DNA of 53,852 nucleotides from a virus (Duplodnaviria > Caudoviricetes), in the IMG/VR virus record IMGVR_UViG_3300001679_000055, positions 1-53,852 of that record; one strand, given 5' to 3'. Position 1 is the stretch's first letter; each line of letters opens with the position of its first letter. This document shows, piece after piece, positions 1 to 10,012 of the stretch. A program made the translations under genes and the position numbers. The notes under the pieces are model-generated. The model did not search any database and was not told where the DNA came from. It was given only the letters and a program-made list of their open reading frames with translations.

Positions 1-223
1 ACATCGCTGCCTGACCAGCTGATATCTGTGAAGCCCACCAAACTGCAACCACTGTTTGACCAAACACAGCGAAAATCAAAGCTACTGCTGTGGTTTTAAT
101 CCACTCAGGCGTCTCCATAGTGCTATTCAAGTGTTGAATATCTTTTGAAAGACTGGCGCTACACATATCCATGTCTGACCTTAGTTTTCTAAAATCATCT
201 TCTAAATCTTGCTTTCCTGCCAT
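1..223 (-). CDS. Membrane protein, truncated by window start; possible holin or lysis-associated protein
   Basis: Not in the ORF track. ATG at 223 reads MAGKQDLEDDFRKLRSDMDMCSASLSKDIQHLNSTMETPEWIKTTAVALIFAVFGQTVVAVWWASQISAGQAAM and stays open to the edge. One transmembrane stretch. Lies downstream of the tail genes, where N4-like lysis genes usually are. Confidence 0.55.
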   Translation of the reverse strand, partial: MAGKQDLEDDFRKLRSDMDMCSASLSKDIQHLNSTMETPEWIKTTAVALIFAVFGQTVVAVWWASQISAGQAAM

Positions 224-266
224 ACTTATATACCTATATTAATGCACCTAGCGAGATACCACACCA

Positions 267-710
267 CTACTCAGTAGTGTTGACATCCCATACATAATGA
301 GTATACAGGTACTCACCACTTGTTAAAGTACCTCTCAGTAAAAAATTATGGGTACCAGCCTCTGAAAACAGGCACTGTACTATCCCTGTATCACTGTCAA
401 GAATGAAAGGTTGTCGTATGGTGCCTACTATTACAAAGGCACTCAAGGTGATACCTGCATCTAAGTCTAGTTTAGTGTCATAGGTAGACGTTGCTCCTAC
501 AAATGCAGGAGTAGCAATCTTCGTATAGACACCACCAGTCTCAGAAGGTACTGTGTAGGGGATAACTTCTACCAAAACCCCCTGACTATTCATCATCCAG
601 GCTCCTGATATAAGCTTACCTTCATAGTACATCTTAGGCGGTATAGTGGTACTGCTAGATGAATCAGAACCTATCCTGTACTTACCATCATCGTGACCTA
701 TTCTATACAC
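267..710 (-). CDS. Hypothetical tail-associated protein
   Basis: 147-aa ORF overlapping the end of the 1021-aa gene; beta-rich composition; in the tail operon. Confidence 0.55.
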   Translation of the reverse strand: MYRIGHDDGKYRIGSDSSSSTTIPPKMYYEGKLISGAWMMNSQGVLVEVIPYTVPSETGGVYTKIATPAFVGATSTYDTKLDLDAGITLSAFVIVGTIRQPFILDSDTGIVQCLFSEAGTHNFLLRGTLTSGEYLYTHYVWDVNTTE

Positions 711-3700
711 TTAACTTAACTCCGTTAGGGATACAAAGTTTGGATACATTTGCAGTATCCGCTTTAATGTAGAGGTACATAGGTGTGTCTTTATTAACAG
801 TAACGCCATCAGGCATCTGATATGGAACCCCAGCTGTCCCTTGTCCTTCAGCTAGCGAAACCCATGACGATGGTTGAGCTATTTCGAACGCTTGTAACGC
901 CATCACTGCAATCTGCACACCCCCTCCTATAATAGCAAAAGGGAAACTTAGAGTTATCTGGCTTCCACTATCAAACCCTACCGACTTGGTATTTATTAAC
1001 ATTCTATAAATGTTATTCTTGCATTCAGCCATTATATGCAGCGTCATTTTTTGTTCGAAGTCATCACTGTTGTACAAAATAGCTGCCATACCAGCACTCC
1101 AAGGTATTAATACTTGGATCGGTCTACCTTCATCAGAAGTGGATAATATGTCAATAAGATTACCTCTGTAGTACTCGTTGCGGCGCAGGTCAGTACTGTT
1201 GCTAGTAGTAGACGTTGCATTAAAAGTAGTAAGGTCTTCTAACTTTTGCCCCAACGTATCCCAATACCCTAGTTTTCTATCTGCATTCAAAATGGATGTT
1301 TCCTTATACACCCTTTTGGTGGTCTCCGCACCAACTGAGTTTTCATAAGAATAATCATGTGTATAACCTACGTAGCTAAGAGTGAACCCATAACTACCGC
1401 CGTCAGGGAAATAATCAAGATGTTGTGGGATTAGGCCTTCAGCTGTGAACTCATTACTCAAAGTAACACTTGAGAAGTCTTCTGTTGGCCCATACTTGGC
1501 ATAGTTTCCCTTATCAATAGATCTGACTGTATGCAGGGGAGCCAGGTAACTAGTACTTGTATCACGGTAACTTGTATACTCTCTGCCCCCAGAAGACATG
1601 CGAACGCCACGGTAGTCGTTATATAAATAATTAATTATGACGTGTAGTCCTCCAAAAGAAATTGTATACGGTTCTTCGGTCCAGGTTTTACATACTCCCC
1701 AATTATTATCCAGGGGTGATCGGTATGGGTAGTTTTCCCAGTAATAACTGTAAATACCATCCGTAGGGGAATCCAGTGAGCCTAGCTCCGAAGTAAAGGC
1801 CTTCCCGTATAGTTGGTACGCAAAAATAGTTTCGATATCTGTTGAAGGATCTTTCATTCGCGAAGTAATAGGGCCTGCTGTATCCAAACTACTTGGATTT
1901 CCAAACACGTGGTGCGGGTACCTTTTTCCCGGAGCAATGAACCGTTTTACATAATACCCCTGCACGTGTTGTGCCTTAAAGTCTCCAGTACACCCTATAG
2001 CTATATCCCTACGCCCACAACAAGCTACAAGGTTATGTACTTCAACATCTTTTCCATACATCCAGATGTTGCCACCATAGTAGTTTCTCTGGGAAGTGCC
2101 TATGATAAGTTCTGGAGCAGCTACGTCCAAAAAACTCTCCCTTGGCAATCCTTTTATCATATCAGTGTTACTATAAAAGTTGTCCCACTTTTGCACTTTA
2201 GAAGCATCAAGATGTCCCCCCCAATACATAGGTTTATACTCACCTGCAACTGGTGGTGCGCCTAGCATCTTAAGCTCAAACTCCAAATCAGAATCAATAG
2301 GAATGTCTATATATAAAACCATGTAGCGCGCTTGATAACCAGAGGCTTTTCCTGTCACTCTAAATTGTTTTTGAGTTCCCCCAGTTCCAGAGGATAAACC
2401 ATCTTCATCCTTTAAATAATAAGTACCATAATAGGCGGAATACCACTTGGCTCCTGATATAGACCCTTTTGTTATGTTAAGAACCATAGTTACTTCATCG
2501 CCTGCACCCCAATTTCCGGCGGATGAATTATAATCAATGTAGTCACCATTCAACCAAATCTCCATTCTTGAAAGACGTGCTGGAAAAGCCGCAGTAGGTG
2601 TTAAGTTCCATTTATGGCCGGAGGGGTAATTAGCTGTACCCCATGTTGGGTTATCTTCATTAATTAAGTACGCATCCCTTGCTGCATTGTCAGGGAACAA
2701 TCGGTCCCCATTAGCGTCGTAAAAGTCATCAAAGATATAACGCCACTGTTGGTTGGTGGACAATCCATTGGCGGAATAGAAGTTAGCTTGGTACATGCTT
2801 ACAAATGGTGTCATATCTCCATTCTTGAGTATCCCGGTCTCACGCTCAGCTTCTGTTGGTACGTCCAATTCCGTATATCTAAACGGTGCAGTAAGCTCTT
2901 CGCTAAGTTGCATGTAGGTATATTGATAGTCATTCGGATAGGTCGAACCCGTTAAAACGTCTGATTCTCTGCTATCTGTGAAAAGCAATTGATGTTCCTG
3001 TGTATCATAATAGGACTGCTTCATCACTGATACTATATCCGGTCCCCCACGTACAGTTTCAGATATCCACCCCGAGGTTAGCGTTCCTCTCATATATGGG
3101 AAACAGTAATCCGTTTTTCCGGAATTCACCTTTGGTTCGGTGAAACCTCTAGGGTCATCACTCCTAGGCCATAGTACATAGTCGGAATGTAAGAACTGTG
3201 CTTGCGTTTCTGTATCCCCAGGTATAGGACCGTTAAGGTACTGATAAAAGCTAGTGCCTTTGTTGAGGCCCGGATATACTTTGCTGTAGTAAGAACTGGT
3301 AGTAGCATATGTGTAGTAAGTTTGATCACAGTAGTAGTACTTTCCACGATTATCTCTCCACCTAATAATTGAGGAGCCTGATGTCCGATTGCTGGAGTTT
3401 CTATATGCAGTAGCGTAGAACTCATCACCATAGCTCATCATATACCATTCAATGTTATAAGTATAGTTTGCACCACCGGTGTAGAGGTCACTAAGGTGTT
3501 TACGTATTTCTTTTCCAGTAACATACGGCAGTGTGTGGTCACTATATCCAGAGGTAGTTGTCCTGAACTTCAATGAATCACCTGTTGGTGTAATCCACGC
3601 CGCTTCTGGGGTAGCTTTAACACGGATTTCGTCAGTAGAAATTAGCCCCGGTATACTAGTGTATATATCGTAAGGATTGCTATACGAACCTTCTGTACCT

Positions 3701-3768
3701 ACACCTGTTGTTCCGTCAGAACCCCCAATTGGTGATGATAGGTGAATGTCTACCCAATATATTGCCAT
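703..3768 (-). CDS. Large virion structural protein, putative tail fibre or receptor-binding protein
   Basis: 1021 aa, rich in Tyr/Ser/Thr/Gly, beta-rich appearance, in the tail module. Confidence 0.55.
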   Translation of the reverse strand: MAIYWVDIHLSSPIGGSDGTTGVGTEGSYSNPYDIYTSIPGLISTDEIRVKATPEAAWITPTGDSLKFRTTTSGYSDHTLPYVTGKEIRKHLSDLYTGGANYTYNIEWYMMSYGDEFYATAYRNSSNRTSGSSIIRWRDNRGKYYYCDQTYYTYATTSSYYSKVYPGLNKGTSFYQYLNGPIPGDTETQAQFLHSDYVLWPRSDDPRGFTEPKVNSGKTDYCFPYMRGTLTSGWISETVRGGPDIVSVMKQSYYDTQEHQLLFTDSRESDVLTGSTYPNDYQYTYMQLSEELTAPFRYTELDVPTEAERETGILKNGDMTPFVSMYQANFYSANGLSTNQQWRYIFDDFYDANGDRLFPDNAARDAYLINEDNPTWGTANYPSGHKWNLTPTAAFPARLSRMEIWLNGDYIDYNSSAGNWGAGDEVTMVLNITKGSISGAKWYSAYYGTYYLKDEDGLSSGTGGTQKQFRVTGKASGYQARYMVLYIDIPIDSDLEFELKMLGAPPVAGEYKPMYWGGHLDASKVQKWDNFYSNTDMIKGLPRESFLDVAAPELIIGTSQRNYYGGNIWMYGKDVEVHNLVACCGRRDIAIGCTGDFKAQHVQGYYVKRFIAPGKRYPHHVFGNPSSLDTAGPITSRMKDPSTDIETIFAYQLYGKAFTSELGSLDSPTDGIYSYYWENYPYRSPLDNNWGVCKTWTEEPYTISFGGLHVIINYLYNDYRGVRMSSGGREYTSYRDTSTSYLAPLHTVRSIDKGNYAKYGPTEDFSSVTLSNEFTAEGLIPQHLDYFPDGGSYGFTLSYVGYTHDYSYENSVGAETTKRVYKETSILNADRKLGYWDTLGQKLEDLTTFNATSTTSNSTDLRRNEYYRGNLIDILSTSDEGRPIQVLIPWSAGMAAILYNSDDFEQKMTLHIMAECKNNIYRMLINTKSVGFDSGSQITLSFPFAIIGGGVQIAVMALQAFEIAQPSSWVSLAEGQGTAGVPYQMPDGVTVNKDTPMYLYIKADTANVSKLCIPNGVKLSV

Positions 3769-3770
3769 AC

Positions 3771-4115
3771 TTATGTCTCCAGGTGTTCTGTGCTATTTGC
3801 CACGTAATTAGTTATTTCTGTTTGTGCTTCCTCAAGATGTTCTGTTATAGTATCTATTTTTACACTAACGTCATCTATGTTATTTAAGGTGCGTATGAAT
3901 TCGTCTATAAAGGCATTTAGCATATCCGTATGCTCCTTCAGGTCTGTTACACCATCTAAATACAAGCGCACTACATTAAACACGTTCACACGTATTTGTC
4001 CTGGGGTAACTTCACCACTCGCTTGTTGAATATCTACTTGTATATTGTAAGTAAAGTTTAGGTACGTATATTCCGCATCCTCTAGAGTAAATTTTTCGTT
4101 TTTTAATATTATCAT
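3771..4115 (-). CDS. Hypothetical protein, possible fibre chaperone
   Basis: 114-aa acidic ORF tightly packed between two fibre genes. Confidence 0.5.
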   Translation of the reverse strand: MIILKNEKFTLEDAEYTYLNFTYNIQVDIQQASGEVTPGQIRVNVFNVVRLYLDGVTDLKEHTDMLNAFIDEFIRTLNNIDDVSVKIDTITEHLEEAQTEITNYVANSTEHLET

Positions 4116-4119
4116 AATG

Positions 4120-6678
4120 TTATGCCTGTACTAAGTATAAAACTCCTGGTGTTGGATCATTAGGTGCGAAAGATACTGACTCTACTACAAGACCTGCTGG
4201 TCCCTGTACGCCTGTGTCGCCTGTATCTCCCGTGACTCCTATGGGGCCTATTGGTCCTATTGGCCCTATTGCGCCGTCTACAACACTGTAGGTAAACACA
4301 GATGCATCTGACATTTCAATCGTTACTGTAGGTCCGCTTTTAGTAATTCCAGTTATGGATTTACCATCAGGAATATGGAAAGTATCTGCAGGGTCCCCGT
4401 TGTCATAACTAATAGTTAATGTTTCGTTGACCTTGTCTATAGTAGTAATGCCTTTACCATCTAGGCCTTGTACTAGAGGGTAGTTATCTTCTGTACCATC
4501 TGTGTAATTAAATGTAAGCACATCGTTTTCATGTACTGCACCTGTCACACCTCTACCATCTACAACATTATAACCAAAGTTAGTTCCGTCCGACATTGCA
4601 ACTGTAACTGTACTAGCTGCTTTAGTAATGCTAGTAATCGCATTTCCTGGATCACCTTGTATTCCAGTAGCACCTGGTACCGACATATCTGTTAAGAATG
4701 TCCACGTACCCTCGCTAGTCATCATGTACAAGTTACCATGGTCTTCATGGTATGGATCTGAGTTCACCAACATGGCGAACTCTCCTTCTAAAGCTGTGCT
4801 AGCTTGTAACTCCACTAATGTAGTGTATGTACCTGACATAACAAAAGCTTTACCAGAAGGCCCAGTATCACCTATCTCACCTTTTAAGTTACCTGTAGTA
4901 AACCCTAGACCTTGGTAGGAATTGAATGTTATCTGGTGTGTGATATTGTCATAGCTCGCACTAGACCAACCATCACCATCCGACACTGCATACTGGAAGG
5001 TAGGAGTTGTAATACTGTTAGTATGTATTGTTACGATACCCTCTGTTTTAGTAATATCCGTAATCGTATTACCATCAACACCATCACTAGTCGGATATTC
5101 CATATCCGGTATGTTGTTGAACGAGAATACAACCTTACTTATGTCGCCAGAATCATCACGACGTACATTAGTTACGTTTGTTCCACGTAGGTCGCCTGTA
5201 AGTACAGAAGGCTCCGTACCAGTAGGATCTGAGAAGATCACCTTACCTACATGTTCTGAAGTCTCATCTGAAATGTACGTAGGAAAAAAGGTAAGTCCAT
5301 CATGCATGTTAACGCGATTTACATACGTACCATCTTCATCGAAAAATTCAAGAAAGTTGCCGAGGATAACGGTATTATAGGCGTCCACGTAGGAATCCGT
5401 ACGTAGAGCACTCTTTATTGAAGCTCCTCTGGCTCCATCGATACCATCTATACCGCCGCTAGGGCCGGTAGGTCCTGTTATAGACAAAAGTTCAGTGGGG
5501 CTTAGTTGATTAAAATAGAAGTTTTTTCCATCTACACCATCTTTACCTGCAGGACCACCTAGAAGTCTTAGATCATCTAGTTGTTCAGGGGTAAACATAG
5601 CAAAGGTGAATGCGTCACCATCCTGACCATCTATACCCGCAAGTTCAGCTTTTTGTGTTTTACTTAAATCATCGAATGTGACACTAGGATCCCCTGCAGG
5701 TCCTACAGGACCTGGTACTGTACTTTTTAGTTCGCTAATCTGCGTAACATTAAGGTCTGCGTACTTCATTGCAGGACCAACTGGGCCAGTAGGTCCATCT
5801 ACACCGATAGGGCCAATTGGGCCATTCTTTAAATCATTTAACTGATCTGCTGTGAAGTATTCATATAGAAAGCTTGCGCCTGGTGCACCATCTCTACCGT
5901 CTATACCATTGTTTCCTGCAACACCTGGGGGTCCACCATAGAAACTTTGCCCTGGAGGTCCCGGATCTCCATCTTTACCGTTGGTGCCTGGAGGTCCCTC
6001 TCCGCCTGTTGGGCCTGGAGGTCCGCCTGGGGTACCAGCGTCACCTTGAGGACCTGTAATTTCAGCTATTTGACTATCAGTTAATGTATCAAAGTTTAAA
6101 CCGCCTGGGCCAATAGGTCCTCTTAAGCTTTCTAATTCGGCTGGCGTAAAGTCTTCAAAGTTAAATCTTAGATCTTCAACTTCTTGTGCTGAAAAATCAG
6201 AGAACTTCATACCAGGTACGCCCGGGGCACCTGGAGGTCCTTGTAAATTATATAGTTGGTAGTCCGTAAAATCGGTGTACACAAAGTTCTTACCATTACT
6301 GCCATTTTCACCTGGAGTACCTTGTTGTCCATCTGCACCCGGCTGACCAGTACTTAATGCGACTAGCTGTGCTTCTGAAAAATCTTCGTACACAAATGCT
6401 GGGCCTAGTTCTCCCTGAGGGCCATAAGGTCCTATTGGTCCCTGTAGCGATGCTAAATTATCAGGGTCAATCGTACCACTTAGATTAGACAAATCTTGCT
6501 TAAGCATACCTATGCCTGCAATATCAGCTTGTGTTTGGTCAGCTGTAGCACCAGTTTCTATTGCATCAAGCTTAAGCTTATCATCTGCTGACATGAAACC
6601 AATTTTGGCTTCTGTAGCTACACGTACGTTACCTGCTGCATTTATTAGATCAGCTAGTTTTCTTCCATTACTGCTCAT
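4120..6678 (-). CDS. Collagen-like tail fibre protein
   Basis: Many Gly-X-Y runs (GPIGPIGPIG, GPPGPTGGEGPPG), about 10 FxYxDFxxxQLxxL spacers, DGxxITxIxK beta repeats, and an N-terminal GFMSADDKLKLDAIE fibre motif. Confidence 0.85.
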   Translation of the reverse strand: MSSNGRKLADLINAAGNVRVATEAKIGFMSADDKLKLDAIETGATADQTQADIAGIGMLKQDLSNLSGTIDPDNLASLQGPIGPYGPQGELGPAFVYEDFSEAQLVALSTGQPGADGQQGTPGENGSNGKNFVYTDFTDYQLYNLQGPPGAPGVPGMKFSDFSAQEVEDLRFNFEDFTPAELESLRGPIGPGGLNFDTLTDSQIAEITGPQGDAGTPGGPPGPTGGEGPPGTNGKDGDPGPPGQSFYGGPPGVAGNNGIDGRDGAPGASFLYEYFTADQLNDLKNGPIGPIGVDGPTGPVGPAMKYADLNVTQISELKSTVPGPVGPAGDPSVTFDDLSKTQKAELAGIDGQDGDAFTFAMFTPEQLDDLRLLGGPAGKDGVDGKNFYFNQLSPTELLSITGPTGPSGGIDGIDGARGASIKSALRTDSYVDAYNTVILGNFLEFFDEDGTYVNRVNMHDGLTFFPTYISDETSEHVGKVIFSDPTGTEPSVLTGDLRGTNVTNVRRDDSGDISKVVFSFNNIPDMEYPTSDGVDGNTITDITKTEGIVTIHTNSITTPTFQYAVSDGDGWSSASYDNITHQITFNSYQGLGFTTGNLKGEIGDTGPSGKAFVMSGTYTTLVELQASTALEGEFAMLVNSDPYHEDHGNLYMMTSEGTWTFLTDMSVPGATGIQGDPGNAITSITKAASTVTVAMSDGTNFGYNVVDGRGVTGAVHENDVLTFNYTDGTEDNYPLVQGLDGKGITTIDKVNETLTISYDNGDPADTFHIPDGKSITGITKSGPTVTIEMSDASVFTYSVVDGAIGPIGPIGPIGVTGDTGDTGVQGPAGLVVESVSFAPNDPTPGVLYLVQA

Positions 6679-7016
6679 AAGTTAAAATCCTGTATTAGTT
6701 GTAACCTAAACGTTGATAAAGCATCTGAGATTTGTTTTTCAACATCTAGCTTAGTATACACATTAGCTATCTCAAAAGCTTTTACACCCACTACATCTAT
6801 CTCAGTGCCCTCAACTAGACCTTCAGTAAACACAATAGAAACATTATCAATAGCTGTAAAATCTACGCCGTTCTTTAGTTTGATACCATTGGCGAATACA
6901 TCAATGTACCCAGCATTATAATTAAAGTTAATAATTGTCTGCTCCGCACCAGCTTCAAAGCTATATCTAAACTGATATCCTTCCGGTAATGGATCTTTAC
7001 CGATATATGTAGCCAC
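6675..7016 (-). CDS. Tail or baseplate-associated small structural domain protein
   Basis: QTIINFNYNAGYIDVFANGIKL...DFTAIDNVSIVF resembles the 'QTxF...DVxxNGxKL...DYTA' domain common in marine phage tail proteins. Confidence 0.6.
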   Translation of the reverse strand: MATYIGKDPLPEGYQFRYSFEAGAEQTIINFNYNAGYIDVFANGIKLKNGVDFTAIDNVSIVFTEGLVEGTEIDVVGVKAFEIANVYTKLDVEKQISDALSTFRLQLIQDFNL

Positions 7017-7339
7017 TAGTCAGATTCCATAATAGATATGTGTACATCTAGTTGATTAATATCAGAACCTTTAACTCGCATAATGTCGCCTGCTTGCATC
7101 ACCATCTTACCCTCTAAGAATGATAAGGCTGTACTTGGTGGTATTGGAGTGTCTACTCCGATAACATTAATATCAGACGCACCATCATTGATGATCACTT
7201 GAACATTAGCACTAATGGGGGTTAAGTTAGATATTACAGTTCCGATAACTACTGTTGTGATGCCCGCCGGTACTGTATACACATCGACAAGTGAGTTACT
7301 TATATTTTTTGATGTTACTCTTTTAAATGTATTAGCCAT
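7016..7339 (-). CDS. Small structural protein (MANTFK-type, marine phage tail module)
   Basis: MANTFK...VYTVPAGITTVVIG...IPPSTALS..EGKMVMQAGD resembles a family recurrent in pelagiphage-like tail modules. Confidence 0.6.
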   Translation of the reverse strand: MANTFKRVTSKNISNSLVDVYTVPAGITTVVIGTVISNLTPISANVQVIINDGASDINVIGVDTPIPPSTALSFLEGKMVMQAGDIMRVKGSDINQLDVHISIMESD

Positions 7340-7347
7340 GTGTTCTC

Positions 7348-7560
7348 CTAACTAAGTGCGATCACCATCGCAATAGCATTATTTGCAGCATCAGTGGGGC
7401 TCACAGCACCTAGGTTAGACCTGGCTGTAGTCGTATCAGTTAACTCACTTAAGTTATTACTGACTTCCAACTTTTCTGCATTGATATTTTCAAAGTTAGC
7501 ATCTAACTCAGCATTAGTTAGAGGTGCCCCTTTAGAGTTCCTAGTTACGATTACAGACAT
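7348..7560 (-). CDS. Mini tail-fibre-like protein
   Basis: Built from fibre motifs RNSKGAPLTNAELDANF, NNLSEL..TTARSNLG and C-terminal AIAMVIAL. Confidence 0.6.
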   Translation of the reverse strand: MSVIVTRNSKGAPLTNAELDANFENINAEKLEVSNNLSELTDTTTARSNLGAVSPTDAANNAIAMVIALS

Positions 7561-7574
7561 TAGTCTACCTCAAG

Positions 7575-8033
7575 TTAAAGTGAAGATAACGTAATAGTCC
7601 ACGTAATAATCATGGAGTCATCTGCGGCCTTGTTAACTACCGGGAACGACGTGCGTGACAACATAGTGCCTGCCTCTTCCTGTGCAAATATACCCGCTTC
7701 AGCAATAATACCTGTACCTACACCAGCACCAAATGCACAAGTATATGTAATTTGGTTGCTATCTGGTCCAACAATTTCTGATGATGTAAGCGCTTGCCTG
7801 ACACTTGAAGCAGCACCTAAGGCTATATCCCCTGCTTGCGCTGGTACCACATCACTACCAACGCCCATGAAGGACATTACACCTGAGTCACTCGATACCA
7901 TACGATCAATAATATAAGAAACACCTGAAGCTACCACGAGGTTAGTTTCTTTGCGATCCTCTTTAACCTTACCATTTTTATCTGTAAGTACAATACGTAG
8001 CTCACCTTTAATTCCTAATTGTTCATTTATCAT
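7575..8033 (-). CDS. Tail-collar or fibre attachment-like protein
   Basis: NLVV..G..YIIDRM, MGVGS, IAEAGIF, GTMLSRT.FPVVNK..DD.MIITWTI pattern of tail-collar-like proteins. Confidence 0.6.
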   Translation of the reverse strand: MINEQLGIKGELRIVLTDKNGKVKEDRKETNLVVASGVSYIIDRMVSSDSGVMSFMGVGSDVVPAQAGDIALGAASSVRQALTSSEIVGPDSNQITYTCAFGAGVGTGIIAEAGIFAQEEAGTMLSRTSFPVVNKAADDSMIITWTITLSSL

Positions 8034-8048
8034 ATTAAATTCCTTTAT

Positions 8049-8825
8049 TTAAAATCTTACAGAAGCACCAACGTAATCCTCTGCTAAATAATCAGGGTTA
8101 CAATAACTCTGATTTGTTATTAAGCCTGCGCTGGTGATTGCGGGCTGGTCTAAAAATACTTTGTAGGTGTTCATTTGGTAATAGTCACGAGTCATCATGA
8201 ACTCAAGGATCGGAGCTTTCACTATTTCAATTTCAACTGGTCCTGAACTCACACTTGTGTACTCTGGAAATAACGTACGCCTAAACGTAGTAGCTGCAAT
8301 AACCTTATCAGTTATAGGCACTACGCTGTTTATGACCTTAGTTACGTGTATGGTTTGTTCGTCTAACGTAGAAGCAGCGCCATCTAAGTCATCGGTAATT
8401 ACTGCAGTGTCCTGTAGTCTCTTATACAACGACATACTGTCAACACCATCTGTTAATTCTAGGGATTCCCCAAAAACCTTAATCGGTGTTAAACTGTACT
8501 GATCAGTTGTAGATGATGCATCACTTAGCAGTTTGTGGGTATTTCGTTGTACAGCCTCAGTAACCTGGGCAATATCAGACAGTGGTTTGTTTATATCTAA
8601 CTCTGAAAACTCGGTTACTGCTATGTCATCTACTAGAAGTTTAGACGTAGCGAAAAACTGTACGTCATCTAATGTAACTGTGTTTCTCAGTCTCTTGTTA
8701 TCACTATCAGATACAACTGCAAAATCAGTCAGTGCGTATTTTCTGTAGTACGTATGTGCCGCCGGCACTCTACTAGCTGTAGAAGCCTGTAATTGTACTA
8801 AACTAATTGTAGCCCTGATAGCCAC
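8049..8825 (-). CDS. Putative tail structural protein with degenerate KxLxD repeats
   Basis: 258 aa with repeated K(P/L)LSD-like units and C-terminal DYLAEDYVG; tail operon context. Confidence 0.55.
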   Translation of the reverse strand: MAIRATISLVQLQASTASRVPAAHTYYRKYALTDFAVVSDSDNKRLRNTVTLDDVQFFATSKLLVDDIAVTEFSELDINKPLSDIAQVTEAVQRNTHKLLSDASSTTDQYSLTPIKVFGESLELTDGVDSMSLYKRLQDTAVITDDLDGAASTLDEQTIHVTKVINSVVPITDKVIAATTFRRTLFPEYTSVSSGPVEIEIVKAPILEFMMTRDYYQMNTYKVFLDQPAITSAGLITNQSYCNPDYLAEDYVGASVRF

Positions 8826-8827
8826 GG

Positions 8828-9205
8828 TTAGAAGCCTGCTCTAACCTTAAACTTTAGCTTATCGAATAGGGTTTGCTTGCGCCCATCAAAATCTTCTAAT
8901 TCTATTTCACCTTCATAGGTGCCTGCGGAGACGTCTAAAGTTGTATCTCCCCATTGCATGACACACTTACCATCTTCAAAAGGCGCGTATTTGGAGCACG
9001 TCATAGTATCTAGGATAGTGTCGCTGCCTAGAGTTCTAAAATGAACTCTTATAGTTTCATTAGTTAGATCAATAGGGCTCCACGTTTCAGGGTTGTCTTC
9101 ATCTAAGGTAACGCCCGTAGGTGAATTGTTAGAATCGCGCAATGTGAAATTTAATTCAGGTTTATCATCCCCTGCAACGAGGTTGATTGTATCGTAATAA
9201 GCCAT
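8828..9205 (-). CDS. BppU-like baseplate or fibre anchor domain protein
   Basis: GDDKPELNFTLRD...PIDLT...GTYEGEIEL...QT pattern; strong GGAGGAG RBS upstream. Confidence 0.55.
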   Translation of the reverse strand: MAYYDTINLVAGDDKPELNFTLRDSNNSPTGVTLDEDNPETWSPIDLTNETIRVHFRTLGSDTILDTMTCSKYAPFEDGKCVMQWGDTTLDVSAGTYEGEIELEDFDGRKQTLFDKLKFKVRAGF

Positions 9206-9262
9206 TATTTAACTCCTCCTGGAGGTTGTTCTCAGCATTTGGCATGCAATAAATTTATCTTT

Positions 9263-9271
9263 AGTATAACA
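9263..9271 (-). promoter_or_regulatory. Putative late sigma70 extended -10 promoter for the tail operon
   Basis: Minus strand TGT-TATACT in the intergenic gap upstream of 9205. Confidence 0.5.
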
Positions 9272-9279
9272 GCGTTGTC

Positions 9280-9951
9280 TCAGACAAACCCGCTATCTAT
9301 TAATTTAATATTAGTATCAAGATTGTCCGGGTTACGTAAACCTAACAGATTGATTTGCTTACAACTCTCATTGAATCTTAAGTAATAAGTGTTGTTCTGG
9401 TCTTTCATATCACCACTAATTGTAGCGTGTGATTTGTACGCTACATAGTTGATTAGTGCCTCTGTGTATATCTGAGGTAAACCTACATTACTGGTAATCT
9501 TTCTAGCTAATTCGGGTGCAGCTGCATAGGTAAGTATCATATCTTTCCTACCATCTTCGTCAGTGCCTTTGATAGTTACTTTAGTGGGGTCTTTAAACAA
9601 TACAGATACATTTACATCTATACCATTTACGAAATTAGTTCTTTCGTTATTGATAGTGACTTCATCCCCATCTTTAAAAGTACAACTGATAGCATGTAGG
9701 AAGTTATCATCTAGACTGAACTCCTCGCCATTAAGTGCAAAGTCTAATTCCATATCTACCTGTCGGATATTAAACTTCTTATGCAGCTCAATGTTAGCTA
9801 AGTTAATGAATGTACGAATCTTATCCCTGTTTTTTAGTTGTACAGCAGTAGGTTCATCAGTAGCACCTAATGTCATGTCTCCCACATCAGATGTAGCTAA
9901 CTGGCTAATCTCACCATTGACTAAGAATTCTATATATTCGTAAACTTTCAA
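9280..9951 (-). CDS. Head-tail adaptor protein (N4 gp67-like)
   Basis: GEISQL...INLANIELHKKF...LPQIYTEALINYVAYK...GFV. Lies immediately downstream of TerL, as in N4. TTG start. Confidence 0.75.
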   Translation of the reverse strand: MKVYEYIEFLVNGEISQLATSDVGDMTLGATDEPTAVQLKNRDKIRTFINLANIELHKKFNIRQVDMELDFALNGEEFSLDDNFLHAISCTFKDGDEVTINNERTNFVNGIDVNVSVLFKDPTKVTIKGTDEDGRKDMILTYAAAPELARKITSNVGLPQIYTEALINYVAYKSHATISGDMKDQNNTYYLRFNESCKQINLLGLRNPDNLDTNIKLIDSGFV

Positions 9952-9983
9952 GAGGTTTCCCCAAAAATAAATACTGTGTATTT

Positions 9984-10012
9984 ATCATACCACTTTTTAC
10001 TATACGAAGTAA
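9984..10012 (-). promoter_or_regulatory. Putative late sigma70 promoter
   Basis: Minus strand TTACTT, 17-nt spacer, then TATGAT with a TGG extension, upstream of the adaptor gene. Confidence 0.45.
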
